The notes: generated by a model not told the origin, from the letters alone. Counted from the stretch's first letter, positions 32,503 through 42,154 are shown. The stretch is DNA of 64,000 nt from an uncultured candidatus Porisulfidus sp. (GCA_965204575.1 OZ241993.1:1216001-1280000); one strand, 5' to 3'. A program made the numbers and translations.

Positions 32503-32766
32503 ATGGAACTTGCTATCCGCGAAGCGAAGGCACGCCTCTCCGAGCTTGTCAGTGCCGCCCAAAGTGGGGAGCGCGTCGTGATTATGAAGTACGGCGAGCC
32601 GGTTGTTGAGTTGGTTCGTTGCCGAGGACGTGGTGGCATTGACTTCGAAAAATTGGAGGCGGCCCGAAAACGTCTTGGAATTTCAGGAAGCAGGGAAGGA
32701 TGGCCCCAGGAATTCAATGATCCGAAGTTCAGCCGCCAAGTGCTCGGGCTTGAAGAAGACGACTAG
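32503..32766 (+). CDS. Phd/YefM-family antitoxin
   Basis: IREAKARLSELV...GERVVIMKYGEPVVEL signature. Confidence 0.9.
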   Translation: MELAIREAKARLSELVSAAQSGERVVIMKYGEPVVELVRCRGRGGIDFEKLEAARKRLGISGSREGWPQEFNDPKFSRQVLGLEEDD

Positions 32767-32774
32767 GAGGGCTG

Positions 32775-33194
32775 GTGCCAGCGCGCATCCTTCTTGACAC
32801 TTCCTACCTATATTGGTTGATGGAATCCCCCGGAAGGCTTTCCTCTGCTGAGCAGGGGTTTTTAGCCGGTCAGAACGTTCGGCTGTACGTCAGTGCGGTG
32901 TCAATCTGGGAAATGCGGCTTAAATATCACGCCCGTGCCCCGTCGGGAAAGCGGAAAAGCCCTTTTGACCCAGATAATGTCATGGCGATGCTTGAGGAAC
33001 AAGGCGTGATTTTTCTGCCCATGACGGGGGCTCACGCTGCACGGGAACTCAAACCCCCGATTAACCACCAAGATCCGTTCGACGAACTCCTCTTGGTTCA
33101 GGCCCAGGAAGAAGGCCTCAAGTTGCTGACGGCTGACCGAGAATTAAGTAATCATCCGCTCGCTGTCACGGCGCAGGATTTGCCAGACCAATAA
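32775..33194 (+). CDS. VapC/PIN-domain toxin
   Basis: LLDTS, SAVSIWE, HQDPFD and LLTAD motifs; directly after the antitoxin. Confidence 0.9.
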   Translation: MPARILLDTSYLYWLMESPGRLSSAEQGFLAGQNVRLYVSAVSIWEMRLKYHARAPSGKRKSPFDPDNVMAMLEEQGVIFLPMTGAHAARELKPPINHQDPFDELLLVQAQEEGLKLLTADRELSNHPLAVTAQDLPDQ

Positions 33195-33321
33195 GCATTC
33201 TTTCCGGTAGAAAGCGCCAGATTCTGCCAGAAGGCTCTTTTGTGTCCTTCCCCGAAGTGGTGGCTATTGCCACGGAAAGGGGTTCTGTGCCGTAAAATAC
33301 CGCCAAACCCATGAGGGCCAC

Positions 33322-34737
33322 ATGCCTGGATCTACAGCGAAACCCTGGGCTGGACGGTTCGCTCGGGCGACCGACAGCGAGGTGGAAGCGTTTACGGCGT
33401 CCGTTCATTTCGACGGTTGCCTGTACCCCTATGACATCCAGGGGTCGCAGGCGCATGCCCGCGGGTTGCAGCGGGCGGGGATCCTGACCGAAGAGGAATG
33501 CAAGACTCTCGTCGAGGGCCTGGCACAGGTGCGCGCGCGCATTGACGCGGGCGAGGCTGAATGGGATCCGGCCCTCGAAGACGTACACATGAATATCGAA
33601 GCGATGTTGGTCGCCGAGGTCGGCGAAGTCGGCAAGAAGCTTCACACCGGGCGCTCCCGGAACGACCAGGTGGCCACCGACCTGCGGCTGTACGCCCGGG
33701 CCGCGCAGGCGCAACTGGATGCCGAGGCGCATGCCCTGCAGTCGGTCCTGGTCGAGCGGGCGGGGGCGGAGGCGGAAACCCTGATGGCAGGCTTCACCCA
33801 CTTGCAGCCGGCGCAGCCGGTCACTCTTGGCCATCATCTTCTGGCCTGGTACGAGATGCTGAAGCGCGATCGGCAGAGGTTGGCGGAGGCGTTCCGCCGG
33901 ACCAATACGCTGCCGCTGGGAGCGGCAGCCCTGGCCGGGTCTGGCTACCCGGTGGACCGGCAGTACGTGGCGGAGCTCCTGGGCTTCGATGCGCTGTGCG
34001 ACAACTCGCTGGATGCGGTCAGCGACCGAGATTTCGCGGTCGAGACCTGCGCGGCCCTCAGCCTCCTGATGGTGCACCTGTCGCGGATGGCGGAGGAGAT
34101 CGTCCTGTGGGCCAGCCCGGCGTTCGGGTGGGTCGATCTGCCGGACGAATACTGCACGGGTTCCTCGCTCATGCCGCAGAAGAAGAACCCGGATGCCCTG
34201 GAGTTGGTCCGCGGGAAAAGTGCGCGTGTCTGCGGGCACCTGCAGGCGTTGCTGATGCTCATGAAGGCGCAGCCCATGGCGTACAACCGGGACAACCAGG
34301 AAGACAAGGAGCCGCTGTTCGACAGCGTGGACACCGCATTGGCCTGCCTGTCGATCATGCGGGCGATGGTGCAGGCGATGGAATTCGACCGGGAGAGTCT
34401 GAAGGCGGCAGCGGCGGGAGGCTACTCAACCGCAACGGATTTGGCGGATGCGCTGGTGGCGCGCGGGGTCGCGTTCCGGGACGCGCATCACATCACCGGG
34501 CAGGTCGTGGCTCACGCAGTCGAGCGTGGCCTGACGCTGGATGCGCTGGACCCCGAGGAAGCCCGGCAGTTCAGCCCGGTCATCGACGCCGAACTGCTTG
34601 AATCACTGACGCCGGAACGGTCGGTCGCGGCACGCGGCCTGCACGGTGGTACGGCTCCCGATGCGGTACGTGCCCGGGCGACACAGGCGCAGGAAGAACT
34701 TGCGGCCGGGCCGCTGGCAATGCCGGAACAGCCGTAA
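33322..34737 (+). CDS. argH: Argininosuccinate lyase
   Basis: WAGRF, EDVH, HTGRSRNDQ and GSSLMPQKKNPD motifs. Confidence 0.97.
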   Translation: MPGSTAKPWAGRFARATDSEVEAFTASVHFDGCLYPYDIQGSQAHARGLQRAGILTEEECKTLVEGLAQVRARIDAGEAEWDPALEDVHMNIEAMLVAEVGEVGKKLHTGRSRNDQVATDLRLYARAAQAQLDAEAHALQSVLVERAGAEAETLMAGFTHLQPAQPVTLGHHLLAWYEMLKRDRQRLAEAFRRTNTLPLGAAALAGSGYPVDRQYVAELLGFDALCDNSLDAVSDRDFAVETCAALSLLMVHLSRMAEEIVLWASPAFGWVDLPDEYCTGSSLMPQKKNPDALELVRGKSARVCGHLQALLMLMKAQPMAYNRDNQEDKEPLFDSVDTALACLSIMRAMVQAMEFDRESLKAAAAGGYSTATDLADALVARGVAFRDAHHITGQVVAHAVERGLTLDALDPEEARQFSPVIDAELLESLTPERSVAARGLHGGTAPDAVRARATQAQEELAAGPLAMPEQP

Positions 34738-34758
34738 CTAACTGAAAAATAGGTTCTT

Positions 34759-35415
34759 TCAGCCCAGGTGCGTACGCAGGAACTCGCCCAGCGCGGCGAA
34801 TTCCTCCGCGGTGACCGTATGGGCGAACACCTCGCTGTACCAATCAACCGAGGCTCCGTGCCCGCGTAGCCAGTCGCGGCTGACTTCCCCGTATTCGTGG
34901 AGGACCACATCGTCCTGTGAGCCGTGTGCCATGAATACGGGGGCCTGCAGCGTGAGGTGATCGACTTGCTGTGTCAGGTATTCGTCCTGAGGCAGGTAGC
35001 CGGACAGGCAGATAGCGGCAGTCAGGGGTTCGGGGTGAGTCAGTGCGGAGAACAGGGCCAGCGCACCCCCTTGGGAGAATCCCCCGATCGCGAAACGGTT
35101 CACGCCGGTTTCGCGTTGCTGCGCGAATTCAGCATGGATGCGGCGTGTGCTTTCCTTCAGGCCGCCAAGGTCGCTGGTGACGCCGCCGCCCGGCTTCGGC
35201 AGGATATCGAACCAGGACGGGACGACTTGTCCTCCGAAGATCGTGACGGCCTGCAGCGGGGCCTGAAGTGCGATCACGCGCAGGCCCGGGCACTGCAACT
35301 GGACGTTCAGGCCCGCAAAATCACTGGCGGTGGCGCCTAGGCCATGTAGCCAGATTAGCGCGGAGCGTGCCGGGCCGTCATCGGGTTCCAGGATTAAGGC
35401 GTCGGAGCGGCTCAT
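34759..35415 (-). CDS. Phospholipase/carboxylesterase (alpha/beta hydrolase)
   Basis: LHGLG, GFSQGG and HGSQDDVV motifs; catalytic His near the C-terminus. Confidence 0.9.
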   Translation of the reverse strand: MSRSDALILEPDDGPARSALIWLHGLGATASDFAGLNVQLQCPGLRVIALQAPLQAVTIFGGQVVPSWFDILPKPGGGVTSDLGGLKESTRRIHAEFAQQRETGVNRFAIGGFSQGGALALFSALTHPEPLTAAICLSGYLPQDEYLTQQVDHLTLQAPVFMAHGSQDDVVLHEYGEVSRDWLRGHGASVDWYSEVFAHTVTAEEFAALGEFLRTHLG

Positions 35416-35499
35416 GGGGAAGGGCCTGATCTTCCAGTGTGCGGCGGGATCCGGGCTTGGCGCATAGTATATTAGGCGCGCATTGACGGGAGAGAATTC

Positions 35500-35610
35500 A
35501 TGAGCGTTCTGCGATGGTTGTTTCTGGGCTTCGTATTGATCGGGGCGCAGGCCGGGTGCGGGCAGATGGGGCCGCTTGAGCCGCCGCCGGAGGCTGCGGC
35601 CGACGGTTAA
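35500..35610 (+). CDS. lptM: Small lipoprotein of the LptM/LppL(YifL) family, 36 aa (not in ORF track)
   Basis: MSVLRWLFLGFVLIGAQAG-CGQMGPLEPPPEAAADG: signal peptide plus CGQxGPL motif; TAATG overlap with lysA; conserved lppL-lysA synteny. Confidence 0.85.
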   Translation: MSVLRWLFLGFVLIGAQAGCGQMGPLEPPPEAAADG

Positions 35611-36860
35611 TGGAAGATTTCATTTACCAGGACGATCGGCTGCACGCCGAGTCGGTTCCGCTGGAGTTGATTGCCGAGGAGCATGGCACGCCATGCTTCG
35701 TGTATTCGGCTGCCGTAATGCGCCGCCGCATCGAAGAATTGCGCGCCGCCTTCTCCGGACAGTCCTGCCGTATCTGCTACGCGGTCAAGGCCAACGGGAA
35801 TCTCGCGGTATTGCAGCACTTGGCTCAGTTAGGCTGTGCGTTCGACCTCGTGTCCGGGGGCGAATTGGCGCGCGTGAAGGCGACGGGCGGTGATGTGTCC
35901 GCTTCTGTCTTTTCAGGTGTCGGCAAGACCGCGGAAGAGATCCGGCAAGCTTTGGACGCGGGCATCGGAGCCTTTCACGTGGAATCACCGAGCGAACTCG
36001 AACGGATTTCCCGCATTGCCCGGGAAATGGGGAAGGTGGCCCCGGTTTCCCTGCGCGTCAATCCGGCGATTGAGGTGGACACGCACCCGCATATCGCGAC
36101 CGGGTTTCGCGGCAGCAAGTTCGGCATCCCGTGGGAGGAGGCGCTGGAGACCTACCGAATGGCGAACCGCCTGGATGGGCTGGAAATCCGCGGCGTAGCC
36201 TGCCACATCGGCTCCCAGCTGATTGATGCCGAGCCAATCGTCATGGCGGCGCGGCAGTTGGTGGGCCTGGCGGACCAGTTGCGCGAAGAAGGGGTCGAAC
36301 TGGAATATGTGGATGTCGGCGGAGGCTTGGGGATCTGTTACCAAGACGAAGAGTCGCCATCTCTCGATCCCTATGCCGAGGGCCTGCGCGAGGCAATCGG
36401 GGATCGGCCCTTGTCCCTGATCATCGAACCGGGACGGTACGTGATGGGTAACGCAGGAATCCTGCTGACCCGCGTGGAGTACATCAAGCGCACCACCGAC
36501 GGACATTTTGTCGTGGTGGATGCGGCCATGACCGAACTGATGCGCCCGGCCCTGTACGGGGCTTGGCATGCCATCATGCCGGTCACTAGGGCCGAAGGGC
36601 GTGAACGCCTGAACTGCGACGTCGTGGGACCGGTGTGTGAAACGGGAGACTACTTGGGTCGTTCAAGACGCCTTGCGGTGGATGAGGGCGAGTTGCTCGC
36701 GGTGTTCTCCTGCGGAGCTTACGCGGCTTCCATGGGCAGTTCCTACAATGCCCGCCCGCCAGTCGCCGAGGTGATGGTCGATGGGGGCCGGCACGATCTG
36801 GTTCGCCGCCGGGGAGAGGTGGACGAGTTGTATGTCGGCGAGACCCTTCGGCAGGGCTGA
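35610..36860 (+). CDS. lysA: Diaminopimelate decarboxylase
   Basis: YAVKAN, SKFGI, HIGSQ, EPGR, GPVCETGD and GAY motifs. Confidence 0.97.
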   Translation: MEDFIYQDDRLHAESVPLELIAEEHGTPCFVYSAAVMRRRIEELRAAFSGQSCRICYAVKANGNLAVLQHLAQLGCAFDLVSGGELARVKATGGDVSASVFSGVGKTAEEIRQALDAGIGAFHVESPSELERISRIAREMGKVAPVSLRVNPAIEVDTHPHIATGFRGSKFGIPWEEALETYRMANRLDGLEIRGVACHIGSQLIDAEPIVMAARQLVGLADQLREEGVELEYVDVGGGLGICYQDEESPSLDPYAEGLREAIGDRPLSLIIEPGRYVMGNAGILLTRVEYIKRTTDGHFVVVDAAMTELMRPALYGAWHAIMPVTRAEGRERLNCDVVGPVCETGDYLGRSRRLAVDEGELLAVFSCGAYAASMGSSYNARPPVAEVMVDGGRHDLVRRRGEVDELYVGETLRQG

Positions 36861-36894
36861 GCCTGTAAAATAGGAATTTTGCGGTGAACGCCCC

Positions 36895-37737
36895 ATGTCG
36901 AAAATCCCCATGATCGTCCGTACGGCAGCTTTTCTGCTCCTGTTTTCCGTCCCCTTGGCGTGGGCGGAATGTTCCCGGGACGACATTCAGTTCTATCTGG
37001 ACAAGGGCTTCACGACCAAGCAGGTTACGCTGCTGTGCTCGAAGCCGGCCGGCGAAGGGAAGAAGAAGTACCGCGCATACACCGAAGAGTACGTGGACCG
37101 GCAGGACCAGGAGTATCAGTCGCGGATGCGGGTGGAACGCGAGGCGGCCTTGCGCAACTCGATCGAAGCGATAGACATCCGGCTTGAAAGGGGCTACCTG
37201 TACTACGTCCGCCCGCAGTGCGTCAGCGAAGGGGTCGAGAAGGACCGCGCGTTCGGGCTCAAGTCTTGTCCGAACATCCGCTACCGGATCAAGCTGGCGG
37301 GGCTGAAGGTCGACGAGAAAGAACATAAAAAGCGATTCCTGTTCGGGCAGAAGATGGTTCGGGTCACGGGGCAGATCAAGCGTCAGGAGATGCCGGGCGC
37401 CTTCGCCGACATTCCGGACGAGTACTGGCGGAATGTCCTGCGCAAGAGGCTGGAGAAAGGGAATTCGACCAAGATCCCGCTGCGCAGCGGCGTGGACTTT
37501 CACTTCGCGCGTGGCGCGCTGAAAGACATCGCGGAGTTCGAGACCGAGCGCGACCAGCAATTGGCCGGGCATCGGAGCGAAGCCGCAGAAGATGGCGTCT
37601 TCGATGATTTGGGCGAGATGCTTGAAAGCGGGACCGGGAGGGAATCGGAGGGCGGATCCGACCAGCCTGCGGATGAAGGCGAAAGCGCGGCCGAAGAAGA
37701 AGACTTGTTCGACGCCCTGGACGAGATGTTCAACTGA
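36895..37737 (+). CDS. Hypothetical exported protein with an acidic C-terminal tail
   Basis: Signal peptide ending AWA, four Cys, GC3-biased codons. Confidence 0.75.
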   Translation: MSKIPMIVRTAAFLLLFSVPLAWAECSRDDIQFYLDKGFTTKQVTLLCSKPAGEGKKKYRAYTEEYVDRQDQEYQSRMRVEREAALRNSIEAIDIRLERGYLYYVRPQCVSEGVEKDRAFGLKSCPNIRYRIKLAGLKVDEKEHKKRFLFGQKMVRVTGQIKRQEMPGAFADIPDEYWRNVLRKRLEKGNSTKIPLRSGVDFHFARGALKDIAEFETERDQQLAGHRSEAAEDGVFDDLGEMLESGTGRESEGGSDQPADEGESAAEEEDLFDALDEMFN

Positions 37738-37877
37738 TCGTGAAGGGACTGAATTGGCCCGCGCAAAGATTTGTTGCGGGTGGAACAAGAACTGCAATCG
37801 CAAAACCTTGATTGATTTGACTCTTAGATTTTCAAGTTGACAGGACGTCAACGAAACAGACAGCCAAGGGGTAATTG

Positions 37878-38342
37878 ATGCCGACTTTCGTACGCACCGA
37901 CAGATGCGATGGATGCCAGAGCCAGGAGAAGCCGGCCTGCATGTACATTTGCCCCCACGACCTGATGTACCTGGACAAGGACGGTTCCAAGACCGGCCAT
38001 GCCATGAAGGCGTACAACCAGGAGCCCGAACAGTGCTGGGAGTGCTACGCCTGCGTCAAGATCTGCCCGCAACAGGCGATCGAATGCCGCCACTACGCGG
38101 ATGTCGTTCCGCTGGGCGCTTCGGTGCAGCCGTTGCGCGGGACCGATTCCATCCTGTGGACCATCAAGTTCCGCAATGGCACCACGAAGCGCTTCACGTT
38201 CCCGGTCCGCACGACACCGGAAGGCTCGGCCGACCCATACGGCGGCGAGAACGAGGCGGTGATATCGGAAGGCAAGGACCACAGCACGCTGTTCACCAAA
38301 AGGACGCACAGTTGCGACATGTCGCAGTTCGTGGCCGGCTGA
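37878..38342 (+). CDS. aprB: Adenylylsulfate reductase beta subunit
   Basis: Two 4Fe-4S motifs (CDGC...CMYICP and CWECYACVKICP); WTIKFRNG. Confidence 0.96.
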   Translation: MPTFVRTDRCDGCQSQEKPACMYICPHDLMYLDKDGSKTGHAMKAYNQEPEQCWECYACVKICPQQAIECRHYADVVPLGASVQPLRGTDSILWTIKFRNGTTKRFTFPVRTTPEGSADPYGGENEAVISEGKDHSTLFTKRTHSCDMSQFVAG

Positions 38343-38357
38343 TCGGATTGCAGGATC

Positions 38358-40325
38358 ATGGGAGAGTTTGGAAATCCTGAAATCGTAGAAGAAGAGGTCG
38401 ACATTCTCATCATCGGCGGCGGCATGGCTTGCTGCGGCGCGGCATTCGAGATCTCGCGCTGGGTGGAAAAGGCCCGCGAGGAAGGGGCCGACCTCAAGGT
38501 CAAACTGGTCGACAAGGCGGCAATCAGTCGCTCTGGCGCCGTCGCGCAGGGCCTGTCCGCGATCAACACCTACATGGGCGAGAACGACCCGTCGGACTAT
38601 GTCCGCTACGTTCGTGGCGACCTGATGGGCATCGTGCGCGAGGATCTCGTGTACGACGTCGGTCGGCACGTTGACGACTCGGTTTACAACTTTGAGAAGT
38701 GGGGTCTTCCGATCTGGAAGCAGCGCGGGGACGAAGGCAAGCCGCTGGTCGACGGCGGCAGGCCGGTCCGCACCGGACGCTGGCAGATCATGATCAACGG
38801 CGAATCCTACAAGTGGATCGTGGCCGAGGCCGCCAGGAAGGCTCTGGGCACCGAGAATATCGAGGAACACGTTTTCATCGTTCGCCTGGTGACTGACAGG
38901 AACGATCCGAACCGGGTGGCCGGCGCGGCGGGCTTCAGCGTGCGCGACAACCGTCTCGTCGTCTACCGCTTCAAGTGCTGCCTGCTGGCCTGCGGCGGCG
39001 CCGTCAACGTGTTCCGTCCGCGTTCCGTGGGCGAGGGTACCGGACGGGCCTGGTACCCGGTGTGGAACGCCGGCTCCACCTATTCGATCGCGGCCGAGTG
39101 TGGCGCGGAACTGACCATGATGGAGAACCGCTTCGTGCCTGCCCGCTTCAAGGACGGCTACGGCCCGGTGGGCGCCTGGTTCCTGTTGTTCAAGGCCAAG
39201 TCCATGAATGCGCTCGGCGAGAATTATCAGGCCAAGAATGTCGAGGATCTCAAGACTTACGGCTACGACGCCTACGCCAAGGGCCCCAAAATCGGGACCT
39301 GCCTGCGCAATCACATGATGATGAAGGAGTTGAAGGAAGGCCGCGGCCCGATCTTCATTGATACTCCTTCCGCGATGGCGCAGTTGGCGGCGAACATGAC
39401 GCCGGAGGAGATCAAGCATCTTGAGGCCGAGGCTTGGGAGGATTTCCTCGACATGACCATCGCCCAATGCGGCGTCTGGGCTGGCGAGAACATCGAGCCG
39501 GACAAGGAAATGTCCGAGATCATGCCGACCGAACCCTATTTGCTGGGCTCGCATGCCGGCTGTGCCGGTATCTGGGTGTCCGGTCCCGAGGATATCCCGG
39601 GAACCCCCGGCCATTACCACTGGGGCTACAACCGGATGACCACCGTGGCGGGTCTGTTCACTGCCGGAGATGGCGTGGGCGCTTCCGGGCACAAGTTCTC
39701 CAGCGGCTCGCATTCCGAGGGGCGAATCGCGGCCAAGGCCATGGTGCAGTACGTGCTTGACCACCCGGAGCTCAAGCCCGAACTGGGACGCCCGGTGGAG
39801 GACATCGTGGAAGAGGTCTACCGCCCGGTGCGCAACTTCCTTGAACACAAGGACGACACCACGGCGATCGACGTCAACCCGAACTACATCACGCCGAAGA
39901 TGTTCCAGTTCCGCCTGCAGAAAATCATGGATGAGTACGTGGCTGGCGTCTCGACCCTGTACCAGACCAACAAGGTCATGCTGGATCTGGCCGAGAAGAA
40001 GCTGGAAATGTTGCGCGAGGATTCGCTGAAGATGCGGGCGAAGGACCTGCACGAACTTCTACGGGCCTGGGAGAACTACCACCGCCTGATCGCGGCGTTC
40101 GCGCACATGAAGCATATCCAGTTCCGCGAGGAAACCCGCTATCCGGGCTACTACTACCGGGCGGACTACATGGACATCGACGACGAGAACTGGAAGTGTT
40201 TCGTCAACTCGAAGTTTGATCGGCACACCGGGGAATGGACTCTGCGGAAAGTCCCGTATGTGCAATTGATCCGAGTGTCTGAGGACGAGCCGGCCGGAAT
40301 GTCCCGCCCTGGCAGCGACTGCTGA
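38358..40325 (+). CDS. aprA: Adenylylsulfate reductase alpha subunit
   Basis: IGGGMACCG, SGAVAQGLSAINTY, WQIMINGES, RFKDGYGPVG and GHKFSSGS motifs. Confidence 0.97.
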   Translation: MGEFGNPEIVEEEVDILIIGGGMACCGAAFEISRWVEKAREEGADLKVKLVDKAAISRSGAVAQGLSAINTYMGENDPSDYVRYVRGDLMGIVREDLVYDVGRHVDDSVYNFEKWGLPIWKQRGDEGKPLVDGGRPVRTGRWQIMINGESYKWIVAEAARKALGTENIEEHVFIVRLVTDRNDPNRVAGAAGFSVRDNRLVVYRFKCCLLACGGAVNVFRPRSVGEGTGRAWYPVWNAGSTYSIAAECGAELTMMENRFVPARFKDGYGPVGAWFLLFKAKSMNALGENYQAKNVEDLKTYGYDAYAKGPKIGTCLRNHMMMKELKEGRGPIFIDTPSAMAQLAANMTPEEIKHLEAEAWEDFLDMTIAQCGVWAGENIEPDKEMSEIMPTEPYLLGSHAGCAGIWVSGPEDIPGTPGHYHWGYNRMTTVAGLFTAGDGVGASGHKFSSGSHSEGRIAAKAMVQYVLDHPELKPELGRPVEDIVEEVYRPVRNFLEHKDDTTAIDVNPNYITPKMFQFRLQKIMDEYVAGVSTLYQTNKVMLDLAEKKLEMLREDSLKMRAKDLHELLRAWENYHRLIAAFAHMKHIQFREETRYPGYYYRADYMDIDDENWKCFVNSKFDRHTGEWTLRKVPYVQLIRVSEDEPAGMSRPGSDC

Positions 40326-40387
40326 CGTTTTAAGCTAGGGCAGGCGCCCGGCTTCCTTCCCTTTTTCTTTTAAGCGACAATCCCCCC

Positions 40388-40717
40388 ATGGACATGCGGC
40401 AGAACATCACGGGCAAGTTGCAGGCGCAACTGGCGCCGGCGTACCTGAATGTGGAGGATGAGAGCCACATGCACAATGTTCCGCCAGGGGCGCAATCGCA
40501 TTTCAAGGTGACGGTGGTCGCGGCGGAGTTCTCCGGGCAGTCGCTGGTGAACCGGCACCGGCGGGTAAACCGGATCCTGGCCGAGGAGCTGGCGGGGTCG
40601 GTGCATGCGCTGGCCTTGCACACCCTGAGTGAAGAGGAATGGCAGGCCGACCCGGACGTGCCGGACAGCCCACCGTGTCGCGGCGGCTCGAAGGTTCAGC
40701 CCAAGTCGCCGACCTGA
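40388..40717 (+). CDS. bolA: BolA family protein
   Basis: DESHMH, SHFKVTVV, RHR, VHAL and SPPCRGG motifs. Confidence 0.92.
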   Translation: MDMRQNITGKLQAQLAPAYLNVEDESHMHNVPPGAQSHFKVTVVAAEFSGQSLVNRHRRVNRILAEELAGSVHALALHTLSEEEWQADPDVPDSPPCRGGSKVQPKSPT

Positions 40718-40974
40718 CGGAACCCGTCGACCGGCTCCAGGACCTCAATCTCGCAGACTGCGCCCGGCTCCAGGGCGAACCAGTCGCCGCCGCGCAGTTC
40801 GACGGGAGCCTGGCCTTCCGCGTGGATCCGCAGGCGGCCGTCGAACAGGACGTATTCTTCGTGTGTGACCGCCTTGCGGGCGGTCCGCCCCACCGGCGCA
40901 TTCCATTCCGGCCAGTCTTCCACCGCCCAGACTTCGAGTTTGCCGGGCGGCACCCGTTGCTCGTAACGGATCAC
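40696..40974 (-). CDS. Cupin domain protein (DUF861-like)
   Basis: VEDWPEW, EEYVLFDG and VELRGGDWFALEPG pattern. Confidence 0.75.
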   Translation of the reverse strand: MIRYEQRVPPGKLEVWAVEDWPEWNAPVGRTARKAVTHEEYVLFDGRLRIHAEGQAPVELRGGDWFALEPGAVCEIEVLEPVDGFRQVGDLG

Positions 40975-41753
40975 GGTTGGCCGAGTCTGGCAGGGTTTCG
41001 AGGCGGCTTTGGCGGATGAGCCTCGAGATCTTCCAGAAGTTCGACTGCCGACTCATGGGTGATGCGGTCGTAGGCATCCATTGACGGCACCTCGACCGCA
41101 CGGGCGAGAAGGTCCCGCGCCTGCGCGTGGTTCGAGTTCCGGTCCAACAGCAGGAGCCCGTACGCATACTGGAAAAGCGCAAGCTTGTCGCGAGGCGCGA
41201 GTTCGAGGGCCCGTTCGAAGTGGGCGAGCGCCTCGTCCGGGCTGGCACCGTAGAGGATGCCTGCCATGATCCCTCCCCGGTGGCGGGCCTCCGCATGCCA
41301 GGAGCCAAGGCTGAAGTGGGCGGAGGCCATGTCCGGTTCAATCCGAAGCGCCTCCTCGAGCGCCTCGCGTACTTTTTCTGGATATCCTTGGTCGAGCGCT
41401 ACCGTGAGGGCGACGGTTTGCGTGTGTCGCCCCAGGGCATGCGCCAGCTGGAGGTAAGCCTCCGGATTGCGGGGGTCCAGCCGCACCGCCTGTTCTGCCA
41501 ATTGCGCCGCCTGCCTGAGCAGGACCTGCTTCTCGTCATCTTTTGCCAAGTGATAGCCATGGATCGCCAGGGATTGTGCCGCAAAGGCATAACCTTCGGA
41601 GGTTTTGAGAGCTTCGGCAAGTTCAGCCGCCTCGACGAATCTCCCTTCGGCGAAAGCGGCGCGCGCCGCTTCGATCGATTGAGCATTAGCGGCACTTGCC
41701 AGAAGAGCCGCGCACGCGATTGTCAGACAGGCCAGGGCCGGAGCCTTGTTCAT
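40971..41753 (-). CDS. Exported tetratricopeptide-repeat protein
   Basis: Signal peptide (ANA); AVRLDP, ALRIEP and ALELAP TPR turns. Confidence 0.8.
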   Translation of the reverse strand: MNKAPALACLTIACAALLASAANAQSIEAARAAFAEGRFVEAAELAEALKTSEGYAFAAQSLAIHGYHLAKDDEKQVLLRQAAQLAEQAVRLDPRNPEAYLQLAHALGRHTQTVALTVALDQGYPEKVREALEEALRIEPDMASAHFSLGSWHAEARHRGGIMAGILYGASPDEALAHFERALELAPRDKLALFQYAYGLLLLDRNSNHAQARDLLARAVEVPSMDAYDRITHESAVELLEDLEAHPPKPPRNPARLGQP

Positions 41754-42154
41754 CGGGTGTCCTCGTTCTGGGAGAAAGCTTCAGGCTTGGCGCTGAGCGC
41801 CCGCCTCATCTGGGCCTCAGTGACGGGCAGTTCCAGTGCCGCATGGAAGTCGTAACGCCCCTTGATCCGCCCGAATTGTTTTCGGTGCTCGGGTTCCATG
41901 ATGACCAGGGTCTGGATTCCGGGGGTTCTTTGAACCAGCGCGATCATTGACTCCAGGCTGCTGGTGCGGTCGCGGAAGTCGGACTGGAAATTGAATTCGC
42001 AGACGATGACGTCGGGAGGCTGCCGCTTGATGCTGGCTAGTGCCTTGCGCATGGACGCGCAGACCTCGACCGAAAAATCCAGTTGCCGGTACAACGGCGT
42101 GAAATCGGGGTAGCCGCCCAGCTCGATGATGGCGAGCAGGCGGCGCGCACTCAT
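41750..42154 (-). CDS. Stand-alone receiver-like protein lacking the phosphoacceptor Asp
   Basis: CheY-like pattern (ALASIKRQPPDVIVCE, LELPVTEAQMRRAL); ATGA overlaps on both sides. Confidence 0.65.
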   Translation of the reverse strand: MSARRLLAIIELGGYPDFTPLYRQLDFSVEVCASMRKALASIKRQPPDVIVCEFNFQSDFRDRTSSLESMIALVQRTPGIQTLVIMEPEHRKQFGRIKGRYDFHAALELPVTEAQMRRALSAKPEAFSQNEDTR

